From: an uncultured Pseudomonadota bacterium
GTDB lineage: Bacteria > Pseudomonadota > Gammaproteobacteria > Burkholderiales > SG8-39
Reading direction: 5' to 3'
Length of the DNA: 64,000 nt
Assembly: GCA_963834845.1 (NCBI GenBank)
Contig: CAWICY010000003.1
Coordinates: 61,114 to 125,113 of the forward strand
In this document: positions 41,626 to 50,011 of the stretch, in pieces
How positions within the stretch are numbered: the first letter of the stretch is position 1
Layout: the number at the start of each line of letters is the position of its first letter
Position numbers and translations under genes: made by a program
The notes under the pieces: generated by a model
The model's database searches: none
What the model was told of the DNA's origin: nothing
What the model saw: only the letters and a program-made list of their open reading frames with translations

Positions 41626-42233
41626 AGCCCGAGGGCCATCAGCGGCACCGGATCATTGGCACCGTCGACGGTGCAGCTGGCGACCGAGGCACGCGTGCTG
41701 CCGCTGGAGAAGTTGCCGTCATCGGTCTTGGCGTCGAGGTCCAGGGCGATCTGGCACGGCACCGTGGCGACCTCGATCAGGTTGCGCGTGCTGGACGGGA
41801 AACTGGCCGCCAGCGCGCTTGCCGAGCGTGCGATGACGCGCAGCGTGACGATGCCTTTGGTGGTGGAGAACGTGATCGGCGCATTCGACTTGATGATCCC
41901 GGCGCGGAACAGATGCTCGGTGACGCAGAGCACCTCCGCGGCGTCCACCTGGCCGTTGCCGTCGCCATTGGCGGTCGTGGGTGCGCCCACGGGGTTGCAC
42001 TTCCCGACGTTCGGGAGGCGCGTCGAGGCATCGGGCATGTCGCCCGGCAGGTAACTGTAGGTCGAGCGGAACTGCGCCACGCCCGCGCCCAGGTCCTTCA
42101 CCGCGGCGAGCACCTGCTGCGACTGCCCGGTGCCGATGAGCGCACCGCCCTTGAACAGCACCAGCATGAGCAGCGAGATGATCACGATGACCACCGCCAG
42201 CTCGATCAGCGTGAAGCCGCGCGCGTCCATCAC
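41622..42233 (-). CDS. Prepilin/pseudopilin (type III signal peptide)
   Basis: RG|FTLIELAVVIVIISLL; YLPGD and LDAKTDDG motifs. Confidence 0.88.
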   Translation of the reverse strand: MMDARGFTLIELAVVIVIISLLMLVLFKGGALIGTGQSQQVLAAVKDLGAGVAQFRSTYSYLPGDMPDASTRLPNVGKCNPVGAPTTANGDGNGQVDAAEVLCVTEHLFRAGIIKSNAPITFSTTKGIVTLRVIARSASALAASFPSSTRNLIEVATVPCQIALDLDAKTDDGNFSSGSTRASVASCTVDGANDPVPLMALGL

Positions 42234-43510
42234 GGAAGGGCGCCTGTCAGACCCGTGCGCATATCCGTGACCGTGACGGTGATGGACAGGTCGTCACCGC
42301 CCCCGGGAGTGCGGTCCGGACCAAAGGAGCTGAGCGTGTAGGCGTTCAAGGTCCCGGGCGGGAATGTGCTGCCGATGCCGCCATGGTAGCTGGCGCCGTC
42401 GCTTAGGCTGGTGGTCACGATGGTGTAACGAATCGGCCGTCCCCACGGGTCCCACACGTTGCCGATAGCCATGCCGGCGACGCTCGCCCACGGAAACCCT
42501 CCGTCATACAGTCCGGAATTGAGGAGGCCGTCGCCGTAGTAGAAGTCCGCATACGGAACCACGCGACACTTTGTTCCGGCGAAGGAATTCGTGCAGTCCG
42601 AGTTGCCATAGGTGCCGCCATTGGCGATCGCATACTGCCCGATCGCATTCCTGAGGCGCTGGAAGGTGTCCGCGAGCTGCGCCGCGGGCGTCTTGAGTGA
42701 GCCATCCTTGAACAAGGGACCGAGCAGATCGTCCGAGGTCAAGAACATCACGCGGTCGTCGAACGCGCCGCCGATGGCGGCATCGTCGGTGGTCGCTGTG
42801 CGGCGGAAATAGACGGTGTCGCTGCCGCCATTGGTGTTCTCGAGCTCGTCGGCCCCGCCCGGCAGCGTGTTGCGCGTTCCGGAGATGGTGTACGCGCCGA
42901 AGCCGTTCGGGCCGTGGGAAACGATCACCGCCACGACATTCGTCGCGGCCGCGAAAACGGTGCCGGCCGCATCGCGGTCGTTGACCGTGAGCTCGCCGAT
43001 GTTCCCCGAGCGCAGGTTGGCGGTCAGGGTCCAATCCCGATAGGGGGCGGGGATGGGCGTGTTGTACGAGGGGGTGCCGGGATTGAATGCCTCGGTGAAA
43101 AACGCGTTCGATACCTGGTAGCTGAAGAAGTTGCCCCAGCCGTCGATCGCGGCATCGCGCGCGAGGCCGAGCGTCACGTAGGGCACGATTCCGAAGCGGG
43201 CGTTGCTGGTCGCGGTGGCGCAAGGCGTCGTCGGGTCCGGCGCCGCAGCCGTGCCGCCGGTCCGGTTCTCGATTCCGTCCGGAGCCGCGAAATCGACGTC
43301 CGCGCACGGTAGGCGACCGTTGCGGCGCAGATAGCCGATCAGGGCCTCTTTGATCGCATTTTGCTTGCTGAGCGTCTGGCTGACCGCCTGCGCGTCCTGG
43401 CTTGCCTTGAATGCCGCTAAACCCATGGTGAGGAAGATGCCGACCAGAAGGGTCACCACGGCCATCTCGACCAGGCTGAAGCCGGTGACCCGCGGCGCCC
43501 CGCGGCGCAT
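42230..43510 (-). CDS. Large prepilin/pseudopilin (type III signal peptide)
   Basis: TG|FSLVEMAVVTLLVG; GRLPCAD, DGWGNFFSY, SHGPNG.GAY, FDDRV, DPWGRPIRY; start approximate. Confidence 0.85.
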   Translation of the reverse strand: MRRGAPRVTGFSLVEMAVVTLLVGIFLTMGLAAFKASQDAQAVSQTLSKQNAIKEALIGYLRRNGRLPCADVDFAAPDGIENRTGGTAAAPDPTTPCATATSNARFGIVPYVTLGLARDAAIDGWGNFFSYQVSNAFFTEAFNPGTPSYNTPIPAPYRDWTLTANLRSGNIGELTVNDRDAAGTVFAAATNVVAVIVSHGPNGFGAYTISGTRNTLPGGADELENTNGGSDTVYFRRTATTDDAAIGGAFDDRVMFLTSDDLLGPLFKDGSLKTPAAQLADTFQRLRNAIGQYAIANGGTYGNSDCTNSFAGTKCRVVPYADFYYGDGLLNSGLYDGGFPWASVAGMAIGNVWDPWGRPIRYTIVTTSLSDGASYHGGIGSTFPPGTLNAYTLSSFGPDRTPGGGDDLSITVTVTDMRTGLTGALP

Positions 43511-43669
43511 CGTCACGGCAGTCATTTCCTGCGGTATTTCAATCACCTGCCCAGTATAGCGGAAGCCCTGCAAACCCAATCGGTAAGAGAAGGTCAACAA
43601 TGTGACTTTGTGCGCCGCGGGCCACTGACACCGTACGCAACATCATGCCGTTGCCGAGTGGGAACCGCC

Positions 43670-44116
43670 ATGACCGAGTCCGAACCCGTCTATCCCCAGC
43701 GCCAGTTCGCAGCATTCGCTTTCGGCCTGCTGATCGCGCTCTCGTTCATATCGACGCTGGCCTGGAACATCAATCTCGGCAGCGACAATTTTGGCGTGCG
43801 GGACGTGTCGGCGCAGGAAGCCAAGGCGATGCTCGATGCCGGCGCCATCGCTATCGACGTTCGCGAGAAGGCGGTTGCTGCGGGCTCGCACTTGCCCGGC
43901 TCGCTCGTGATTCCGCTTGAAGTCCTCGCCGCCAACCTGCCGCGGCTCGAGGCGTACAAGGCGTATCCGGTCGTCGTCTACTGCGGGAACGGCAGCTCCA
44001 GCGGACCCGAGGCCGCCGCGCTCCTAGGCCGGGCGGGCTTTTCCAAGGTCGTCAACCTGAGGCACGGCATCGAGGGCTGGCGCAGCGCGGGGCTGCGAAC
44101 CGTGAACAACGGCTGA
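43670..44116 (+). CDS. Membrane-anchored rhodanese-domain protein
   Basis: N-terminal TM helix; IDVRE..HLPGS..VVVYCGNG..GIEGW. Confidence 0.85.
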   Translation: MTESEPVYPQRQFAAFAFGLLIALSFISTLAWNINLGSDNFGVRDVSAQEAKAMLDAGAIAIDVREKAVAAGSHLPGSLVIPLEVLAANLPRLEAYKAYPVVVYCGNGSSSGPEAAALLGRAGFSKVVNLRHGIEGWRSAGLRTVNNG

Positions 44117-44131
44117 GCCGCGCGAGGCAAG

Positions 44132-45151
44132 TCAGTCCCAGCCGGCGAGCACCAACTTTCCGATCATCGTTCCCGACTCGATCCTTTGGTGCGCGACGCG
44201 CATGTTCGCCGCGTTGATCGGGGAGAGCGTCTCACGCAGCGTGCCGCGGATGCGCCCCGCATCGATCCAGTCGCCGACCCGATCGAGCAGGCGATGCTGT
44301 TCGATCATGTCGGGCAGTCCGAGGCGCGGGCGCGTGAACATCGCCTCCCAGCAGAGCGTTGCGCTCTTGGCGCGCAGCGCGTCCTGCGCCAGCGGTCCGC
44401 GGCTGGCGACGATCGATACGATCGTGCCCTGGGGCCGAATCAGCTCGCAGATGGCCTGCCAGTGGCGGTCGGTATCGTTGAAGTTGGCGATGTAGTCCAC
44501 GTGCTTCATGCCGAGCGCGTGCAGTTGAGGCGCCATGGGCCGGGAGTGGTCGACGACGTGGTCCGCGCCGAGTTCCTTGACCCACGCCACGGACGCGGGG
44601 CGTGAGGCAGTGGCGACGACCGTCAGGCCGGCGAGCTTCGCGAGCTGGATGCCAATCGACCCGACCCCTCCGGCTCCGCCGATGATGAGCAGCGTCGCGC
44701 CGCGCTGCGCGCCGCCGACGTCGATTCGCATGCGATCGAAGAACGATTCCCAGGCGGTGATCGCGGTGAGCGGCAGCGCTGCCGCCTGGGCGAAATCCAT
44801 GCTGCGCGGCTTCGAACCGACGATGCGCTCGTCGACCAGCTGCAGCTCGCTGTTGCTTCCCGGGCGGCTGATGTCGCCGGCGTAATACACGTCATCGCCA
44901 GGCTTGAAGAGCGTGACCTCGGGCCCCGTCGCCTCGACGGTGCCTGCGGCGTCCCAGCCGAGCACGCGCGGCCGAGGCTCGATCTTGCCGCCCGCTGCGC
45001 GCTGCTTGGTGTCCACCGGATTGACCGAGACGGCGTGAACGCGCACCAGCAGGTCGCGTCCCTGCGGAGGGCCTGGGTCGGGGAGTATGACGTCGACGAG
45101 CGATGCCGGATCGTCGATCGGAAGATAGCGAGTAAGCGCGACGGCTTTCAT
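44132..45151 (-). CDS. Zinc-binding alcohol dehydrogenase-like / quinone oxidoreductase
   Basis: SVNPVDTK, LGWDAAG, LPLTAITAWE, IGGAGGVGS, GKLVL. Confidence 0.92.
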   Translation of the reverse strand: MKAVALTRYLPIDDPASLVDVILPDPGPPQGRDLLVRVHAVSVNPVDTKQRAAGGKIEPRPRVLGWDAAGTVEATGPEVTLFKPGDDVYYAGDISRPGSNSELQLVDERIVGSKPRSMDFAQAAALPLTAITAWESFFDRMRIDVGGAQRGATLLIIGGAGGVGSIGIQLAKLAGLTVVATASRPASVAWVKELGADHVVDHSRPMAPQLHALGMKHVDYIANFNDTDRHWQAICELIRPQGTIVSIVASRGPLAQDALRAKSATLCWEAMFTRPRLGLPDMIEQHRLLDRVGDWIDAGRIRGTLRETLSPINAANMRVAHQRIESGTMIGKLVLAGWD

Positions 45152-45380
45152 TTCCCCTGTTCAGCTCCTGACGCTGCGACCACTCGCGGGATTGGTGGCG
45201 CGGCTGCCCATCTCCGGTACGGTTCGGTGACCCAGCAGTATTGCGCACTAAGCGCCCGGAAGATCCGCATCTTCTCTTGACGCCGCCGCGGTTGCCTCTG
45301 CGATCGCCCGCGTCGTGCAGAACGCCCCGCCGCTTACTCGACGTCCGCGACCGAAATCCGCAACAGTCAGGTCTTTCGTC

Positions 45381-45397
45381 TGTCGGAATTTTTTACA
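45381..45397 (+). promoter_or_regulatory. Orphan TGT-N11-ACA enhancer-like site
   Basis: TGTCGGAATTTTTTACA, near-identical to the site upstream of the PEP-CTERM gene. Confidence 0.6.
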
Positions 45398-45409
45398 TTT
45401 TACTCAGTG

Positions 45410-45563
45410 CGTAAGCTCCCCCGAAATGTAGACAGTCTGGAAGTAGAGCTTTCTGGCACGATGATACGTGAGGGAGGCTCGAATGAAGCGATCACGGTTT
45501 ACGGAGCAGCAGATTGTGGGGATTCTGAAGTCGGCCGAGGCGGCGGCGCTCCCTTGGGCGTAG
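45410..45563 (+). mobile_element. IS3-family remnant (left end plus truncated orfA)
   Basis: IR-like GTAAGCTCCCCCGAAATGTAGACA; SD GGGAGG; 45483 MKRSRFTEQQIVGILKSAEA then premature stop. Confidence 0.8.
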
Positions 45564-45630
45564 GGCGGCCAATTGTGCGCACGGGACGAAGGGCCGTCGC
45601 ATCCGGCAGCGGTGCCGCGACACAATCCGC

Positions 45631-45662
45631 AAGAACAAGAAAGCCCGCACGCGGCGGGCTTC
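45631..45662 (-). terminator. Rho-independent terminator of PEP-CTERM gene
   Basis: AAGCCCGC-5 nt-GCGGGCTT hairpin, followed by TCTTGTTCTT on minus strand. Confidence 0.75.
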
Positions 45663-45684
45663 GTGTGAGTGATTCGCGACCTAT

Positions 45685-46737
45685 TCAGTTCAGCTTACGT
45701 CGGCGAGAGAAGCCGAGTCCCAATAAACCGATCCCGAGAAGCGCGAGCGTGGCGGGTTCGGGCACCGTCCCGCACTGTGGTGTACCGGGCGGGCACGAGC
45801 CGGCTCCGGACAAGGGGGCGATGTCATCGAGAAAGGACGCAAGAAACGTCACATTACTGTAATTACTCGAGTTGGAGATATCGTTGGACGAAGCGTAATC
45901 GATAAATGCGAGATTTCCGCTGTTTCCTGCCAGGAACAGGTGGCCTTGGCCATCGACTGCCGACTGGTCAAGGTTGTCATTCCCAATGGTCGTCAGATGA
46001 AACGTGGTCGTTCCCGGATCGTACTGGGCAACGTGATTAGAACTACTCGCAATGATCGTGTCCGTATACGGATCGTAGGTGAGGCCGTGGGCGTAGATGC
46101 CGCCCTCTATAAGCGTCAGCGTCGCAGTATGGGCTGTGTCGTCGAACACAACCGTCCCGAACTGTCCAGACCCGCCGTCGGGCGCCGTTCCGTAGTACCA
46201 AATGCCGGGAGTTGGATCGTAGGCTAGACCGCGGACGTCCGTGCTGCACCCGGCTGGACATGAAACGGTGTAGGCGACACCGCTCGCCGACAACCCGCCA
46301 CCGGACAATGTGGTCGCAGAGATGGCGGTGCTTCCGCCGCCGCCAGACCCATTCCACAGGTTGTAAAGGATGGCGTCGGACGCGTTGCTCGAAAGAGCCA
46401 TGTGATACGAGCCTGTTCCGGCACCGACAGTGTTCACCGCCGCGCCACCGGTCGTAATTTCGTGAAGACTATTAGTATTCTGTCCGGCCACAATCAGATT
46501 TCCATCTGGCGCGAATAGAATGCCGTCGGCGCCCTGTGTAGAGGCCACGTTAACGCTAGGGCTCAGAGTGAACGTGCTCGCATAGGAATAGTCGACTCTC
46601 CACACGTTTTGTCCGCCGTTATACGTTGTGTAGTACAGCGTCCCGCTGAAGACTGGCGCCGCCATCAGTGAAGTCGCAGCACCTGCCAACCCTAAAAAGA
46701 CCGCCATTCTCTTTAAGACGGATTTGACATTGCTCAT
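45685..46737 (-). CDS. PEP-CTERM exosortase-target surface protein (Gly/Ser/Thr-rich, beta-propeller-like)
   Basis: Signal peptide; C-terminal VPEPATLALLGIGLLGLGFSRRRK; lower GC than flanks. Confidence 0.92.
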   Translation of the reverse strand: MSNVKSVLKRMAVFLGLAGAATSLMAAPVFSGTLYYTTYNGGQNVWRVDYSYASTFTLSPSVNVASTQGADGILFAPDGNLIVAGQNTNSLHEITTGGAAVNTVGAGTGSYHMALSSNASDAILYNLWNGSGGGGSTAISATTLSGGGLSASGVAYTVSCPAGCSTDVRGLAYDPTPGIWYYGTAPDGGSGQFGTVVFDDTAHTATLTLIEGGIYAHGLTYDPYTDTIIASSSNHVAQYDPGTTTFHLTTIGNDNLDQSAVDGQGHLFLAGNSGNLAFIDYASSNDISNSSNYSNVTFLASFLDDIAPLSGAGSCPPGTPQCGTVPEPATLALLGIGLLGLGFSRRRKLN

Positions 46738-46802
46738 CGCGATATCCCCCTGTTCTCCCGCATTGCAGTATCCGCAACGCAATCAATGAGGCTTCCTTGC
46801 GA

Positions 46803-46899
46803 AGCAAGAGGCGGACCTACTGTTGGATCAATCACAAAAACAGTGACTTAGGCAATACCGCCCAGAGTGCTGCAATGCACTCTGTAAAAAAGGCCGACG
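46803..46899 (-). promoter_or_regulatory. sigma54 promoter, IHF-like site and upstream enhancer of PEP-CTERM gene
   Basis: TAGGTCCGCCTCTTGCT (GG-N10-GC, 46803-46819); AT-rich AAACAGTGACTTA (~46838-46850); CGTCGGCCTTTTTTACA (46883-46899). Confidence 0.7.
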
Positions 46900-46979
46900 G
46901 GCATCTCAACAGGGCTGATGCCCCGAGTTGATTTCTCGTAGTCGTTCAAGCTGGAGTCGAGGCTCCATTTGAGGGTCAC

Positions 46980-47239
46980 CGACGTGATCCCCGGTTTTAG
47001 TAGCGTTATGCTTTGGAGTCCGATTTCACCCAGAGGGGATCGGGCGAATGAAGAAAGGATTTTCGGAAGAGCAGATCATCGGGTATCTGCGGGAAGCTGA
47101 ATCGGGGCTGGCGGTAAAGGATCGGTGCCGCCGGCACGGGTTCTCGGAGGCGAGCTACTACCTGTGGAAGTCGAAGTTCGGCGGAATGTCGGTGCCGGAT
47201 GCGAAGAGGCTGAAGCACCTGGAGACGGAGAACAGTTAG
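46980..47239 (+). mobile_element. IS3-family (IS407 group-like) remnant with truncated orfA
   Basis: IR-like GACGTGATCCCCGGTTTTAGTAGC; 47048 MKKGFSEEQIIGYLREAESG..CRRHGFSEASYYLWKSKFGGM..AKRLKHLETEN-stop; no orfB. Confidence 0.85.
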
Positions 47240-47245
47240 TGGCAT

Positions 47246-47298
47246 TTTGGGGGCAACTCGCTTTGGGATTTGGCGAGTTGCCCCCAAAGTTGTCCCCA
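47246..47298. repeat. 16-bp perfect inverted repeat plus tandem GTTG(C/T)CCCCA direct repeat next to tmRNA 3' end
   Basis: TTTGGGGGCAACTCGC-11 nt-GCGAGTTGCCCCCAAA then GTTGTCCCCA. Confidence 0.75.
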
Positions 47299-47412
47299 CG
47301 AGGGTCCGGCTGTCAAGAGACGAGGCGAGACCGCCTCGGACACAGTTCCGGAGTAAAATCATGTCCTTGAAGGACATCCGGGGACTTCGGTGGACTTCCT
47401 CGGACGGTCGGA

Positions 47413-47779
47413 TGGTGGAGGCGGCGGGAATCGAACCCGCGTCCGCAAGCCCTAGACAGTCAGGACTACATGCTTAGCCTGGTCATTTGGATCTCGCCTC
47501 GCGCCCGCCGACCGGCAGGCTGACGCTCAGCCAGCCGCTTCGACGGATCCCCCCGGCCAAGCGGCCAGACCGGGAGGAGAGGCTGATGTAAATGACGCTG
47601 CACCCCTTTCGGGGCCTAGCCCATCAGCAGGCTAGTGCAGCGTCTCGCCGGTGTTAGGCGGCGAGAGCGAAACGCTCGTCGTTGGCGTTTATGTGTTTCC
47701 AGACTGGATTTGCGAGGTCATCTGGTCCTCGGCATGCCCTGCGCTGCTTCGCGACCCACGTCGAGACCAAGTCGCCCCC
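47413..47779 (-). ncRNA. ssrA: tmRNA
   Basis: 5' GGGGGCG pairs with 3' CGCCUCC-ACCA (G3.U70); T-arm GGUUCGAUUCC; tag ORF 47654-47686 encodes ANDERFALAA-stop. Confidence 0.97.
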
Positions 47780-47809
47780 GTGTTCGTTGCAGCACCGACA
47801 TTATCCCAC

Positions 47810-47835
47810 ATGGGGGCGCGCGCCCCGGCTTCAAG
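47810..47835 (-). promoter_or_regulatory. sigma32-like promoter upstream of ssrA (adjacent extended -10 TGgGATAAT)
   Basis: CTTGAA-14 nt-CCCCAT on minus strand. Confidence 0.65.
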
Positions 47836-47836
47836 C

Positions 47837-48505
47837 CTAGAGGTGAGCGATAAGGTCGATCGGGTGCGCGATGATCGCGTCCGCGTTCCAGCTCGAGGGG
47901 CCACCGTTGTCGATGCCGTGGTAGCCGTACTGCACGGCGATGGCGCGCATCCCGGCGGCATGGGCGGCCTGCACGTCGCGCAGGTCATCGCCCAGGTAGC
48001 AACAAACGCCCGGCGCGAGGCCGAGACGCTCCGCTGCATGCAGCAGCGGAGCAGGATGAGGCTTGCTGTAGGGCGTGGTATCGCCGCAGACCACGCAGTC
48101 CGGCGAGACGCCGAGCGCGGCGACGATCGGCTCGGTGAATCGCGTCGCCTTGTTGGTCACGATGCCCCATCTCACGCCGCGCGCGGTGAGCTCCGCGAGC
48201 AGCTCGGCAATGCCCGGGAACAGCCGCGTCTGGACGCACACGCGCTCGGCGTAGTGCGCGAGGAAGGCATCGCGCATGCTTTCGTAGTCGGGGTCCCCGG
48301 GGTTCATGCCGAGCCCGACGCGCAGCAGCCCGCGTGCGCCGCTCGAGGCATACGCGCGCACCTCGTCCGGCGAGAGATCCGGCAAACCGCGGGTCGCGCG
48401 CAAGCGGTTTACCGCGGCGCCGAGGTCGGCGGCGGTGTCGGCGAGCGTGCCGTCGAAATCGAACAGCACGGCGCGCGTGGCGCCGCGCCAGTCCCCGTCA
48501 CTCAT
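47837..48505 (-). CDS. gph: HAD phosphatase (phosphoglycolate phosphatase/MupP-like)
   Basis: [32 protein letters not shown]; conserved after ubiG. Confidence 0.9.
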   Translation of the reverse strand: MSDGDWRGATRAVLFDFDGTLADTAADLGAAVNRLRATRGLPDLSPDEVRAYASSGARGLLRVGLGMNPGDPDYESMRDAFLAHYAERVCVQTRLFPGIAELLAELTARGVRWGIVTNKATRFTEPIVAALGVSPDCVVCGDTTPYSKPHPAPLLHAAERLGLAPGVCCYLGDDLRDVQAAHAAGMRAIAVQYGYHGIDNGGPSSWNADAIIAHPIDLIAHL

Positions 48506-49205
48506 CCCGCTTGCAGCGCAGGAGGTAATTGACGCCGCTGTCGGGCCCGAGCCCGTAGCGCCGGCTGAAGGGGTTGTAGGTCATGCCGATCAGCTCGACC
48601 GGGCGCAGTCCGGCGTCGCGGCACCAGCGCGCCAGCTCGTGCGGCCTGATGAAGCGGGCATAGTCGTGCGTGCCCTTGGGCAGCAGCTTGAGCAGGTACT
48701 CGGCGCCGAGGATGGCGAACAGGTACGCCTTGGGATTGCGGTTGATGGTCGAGAAGAATACGTGCCCGCCCGCCTTGGTGAGGCGCGCGCAGGCCGCCAC
48801 CGTGCTCGACGGATCCGGCACGTGCTCGAGCAGCTCCATGCAGGTGATGACATCGAACGCTCCGGCGTGATCCTCAGCGAACTCCTCGGCCGAAGCCTTG
48901 GCGTAATTCACCGGCGTCCGGCTCTCCAGGAGATGCAGTTGCGCCACTTTCAGCGCCTTCTCGGACAAATCGATGCCGGTGACTTGCGCGCCGAGCCGCG
49001 CCATCGATTCCGCGAGGATGCCGCCGCCGCAGCCCACGTCGAGCACCGTCTTGCCGGAGAGCCGCGCGTGCTGATCGATCCAGGCCAGACGCAGCGGGTT
49101 GATCTCGTGCAGGGGCCGGAACTCGCTCTCAGGGTCCCACCAGCGATGCGCTAGCTCGCTGAACTTGTCGAGCTCCGCCGGATCGGCGTTCGGAGCAGGG
49201 GTCAT
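48498..49205 (-). CDS. ubiG: Ubiquinone biosynthesis O-methyltransferase
   Basis: [48 protein letters not shown]. Confidence 0.97.
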   Translation of the reverse strand: MTPAPNADPAELDKFSELAHRWWDPESEFRPLHEINPLRLAWIDQHARLSGKTVLDVGCGGGILAESMARLGAQVTGIDLSEKALKVAQLHLLESRTPVNYAKASAEEFAEDHAGAFDVITCMELLEHVPDPSSTVAACARLTKAGGHVFFSTINRNPKAYLFAILGAEYLLKLLPKGTHDYARFIRPHELARWCRDAGLRPVELIGMTYNPFSRRYGLGPDSGVNYLLRCKRDE

Positions 49206-49246
49206 GATCGACCGGGCTGTTTCAACGCTCCGCGTTCCGTCCATGC

Positions 49247-49273
49247 AAAAAAAAGCCCTGCCTAGGCAGGGCT
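49247..49273 (-). terminator. Rho-independent terminator of ompA-2
   Basis: AGCCCTGCC-ta-GGCAGGGCT stem with T8 tail on minus strand. Confidence 0.85.
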
Positions 49274-49290
49274 CGTGCGGAGACCACAAG

Positions 49291-49974
49291 TCATTTCTTC
49301 TGCGTGCCTACGACTTCCAGCTCGACGCGACGGTTCGGTGCCAGGCAGGCAACGTAGTCCTTGAAGCCCTTCGTGCGCGTGCATGCCTTGACCTGCTGCG
49401 TCTCGCCCTTGCCTTCGGTGTAGATGCGGTTGGTTTCGACACCCTTCGACACGAGGTAGGCTTTGACCGCATTGGCGCGGCGCACCGAAAGCTTCTGGTT
49501 GTACGCACTGGCGCCGATCAAGTCCGTGTGGCCGATCGCAATCACGACCTCGAGATTGACCCCGCCCATCTTGCCGACCAGATCATCCAACCGTGCCTTG
49601 CCGTCGGGCTTGATCACGGACTTGTCGAAATCGAACAACACGTCCGTCGTGAGAGTCACTTTTTGCGCTACCGGCGCGGGCGCGGGCGCGGGCGCAGGCA
49701 TCGGCGCTGGCGCGGGTGCCGGTGCGGGCGCTGCCGCGGGCGTCGGCGCAGCCATAGGCTTCTTCACCAGATCTGGATCGCACTCCGCGATCGCCATCGC
49801 AGGGCTCCAGTAACCGGCGCGCCAGCACTCGCCGGAGCTGTTCCTCCATGGAATGTTGTTTCCCGCCGGCTCGGTCCAGTTACCTTCCTTGGATTGCGCC
49901 GTGGCATCGAATGGCGCTGCCATGAGCAGCAGGCTCGATGCAGCGGCAATAATAGTCCAGAATTTCTTCCCCAT
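49291..49974 (-). CDS. ompA: OmpA/RmpM-family peptidoglycan-binding protein (copy 2)
   Basis: Signal peptide, [10 protein letters not shown], Pro-Ala linker, [28 protein letters not shown]. Confidence 0.92.
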   Translation of the reverse strand: MGKKFWTIIAAASSLLLMAAPFDATAQSKEGNWTEPAGNNIPWRNSSGECWRAGYWSPAMAIAECDPDLVKKPMAAPTPAAAPAPAPAPAPMPAPAPAPAPVAQKVTLTTDVLFDFDKSVIKPDGKARLDDLVGKMGGVNLEVVIAIGHTDLIGASAYNQKLSVRRANAVKAYLVSKGVETNRIYTEGKGETQQVKACTRTKGFKDYVACLAPNRRVELEVVGTQKK

Positions 49975-50011
49975 ATCATCCTCTCATTCGTGAGTCTGTC
50001 CGAAAAACCGC

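Noticed and set aside
45190-45206. GATTGGTGGCGCGGC as a displaced copy of the ssrA 3' end (second att site)
   Set aside because: Only a short gapped match to GATGGTGGAGGCGGC; not distinguishable from chance without alignment to relatives
45410-47239. Intact composite transposon around the PEP-CTERM gene
   Set aside because: The two IS3 pieces differ in sequence, are both left ends in the same orientation and lack orfB; no target duplication seen
49673-49750. GGCGCG tandem repeats (also ~51775-51860)
   Set aside because: Encode the Pro-Ala linkers of the OmpA proteins
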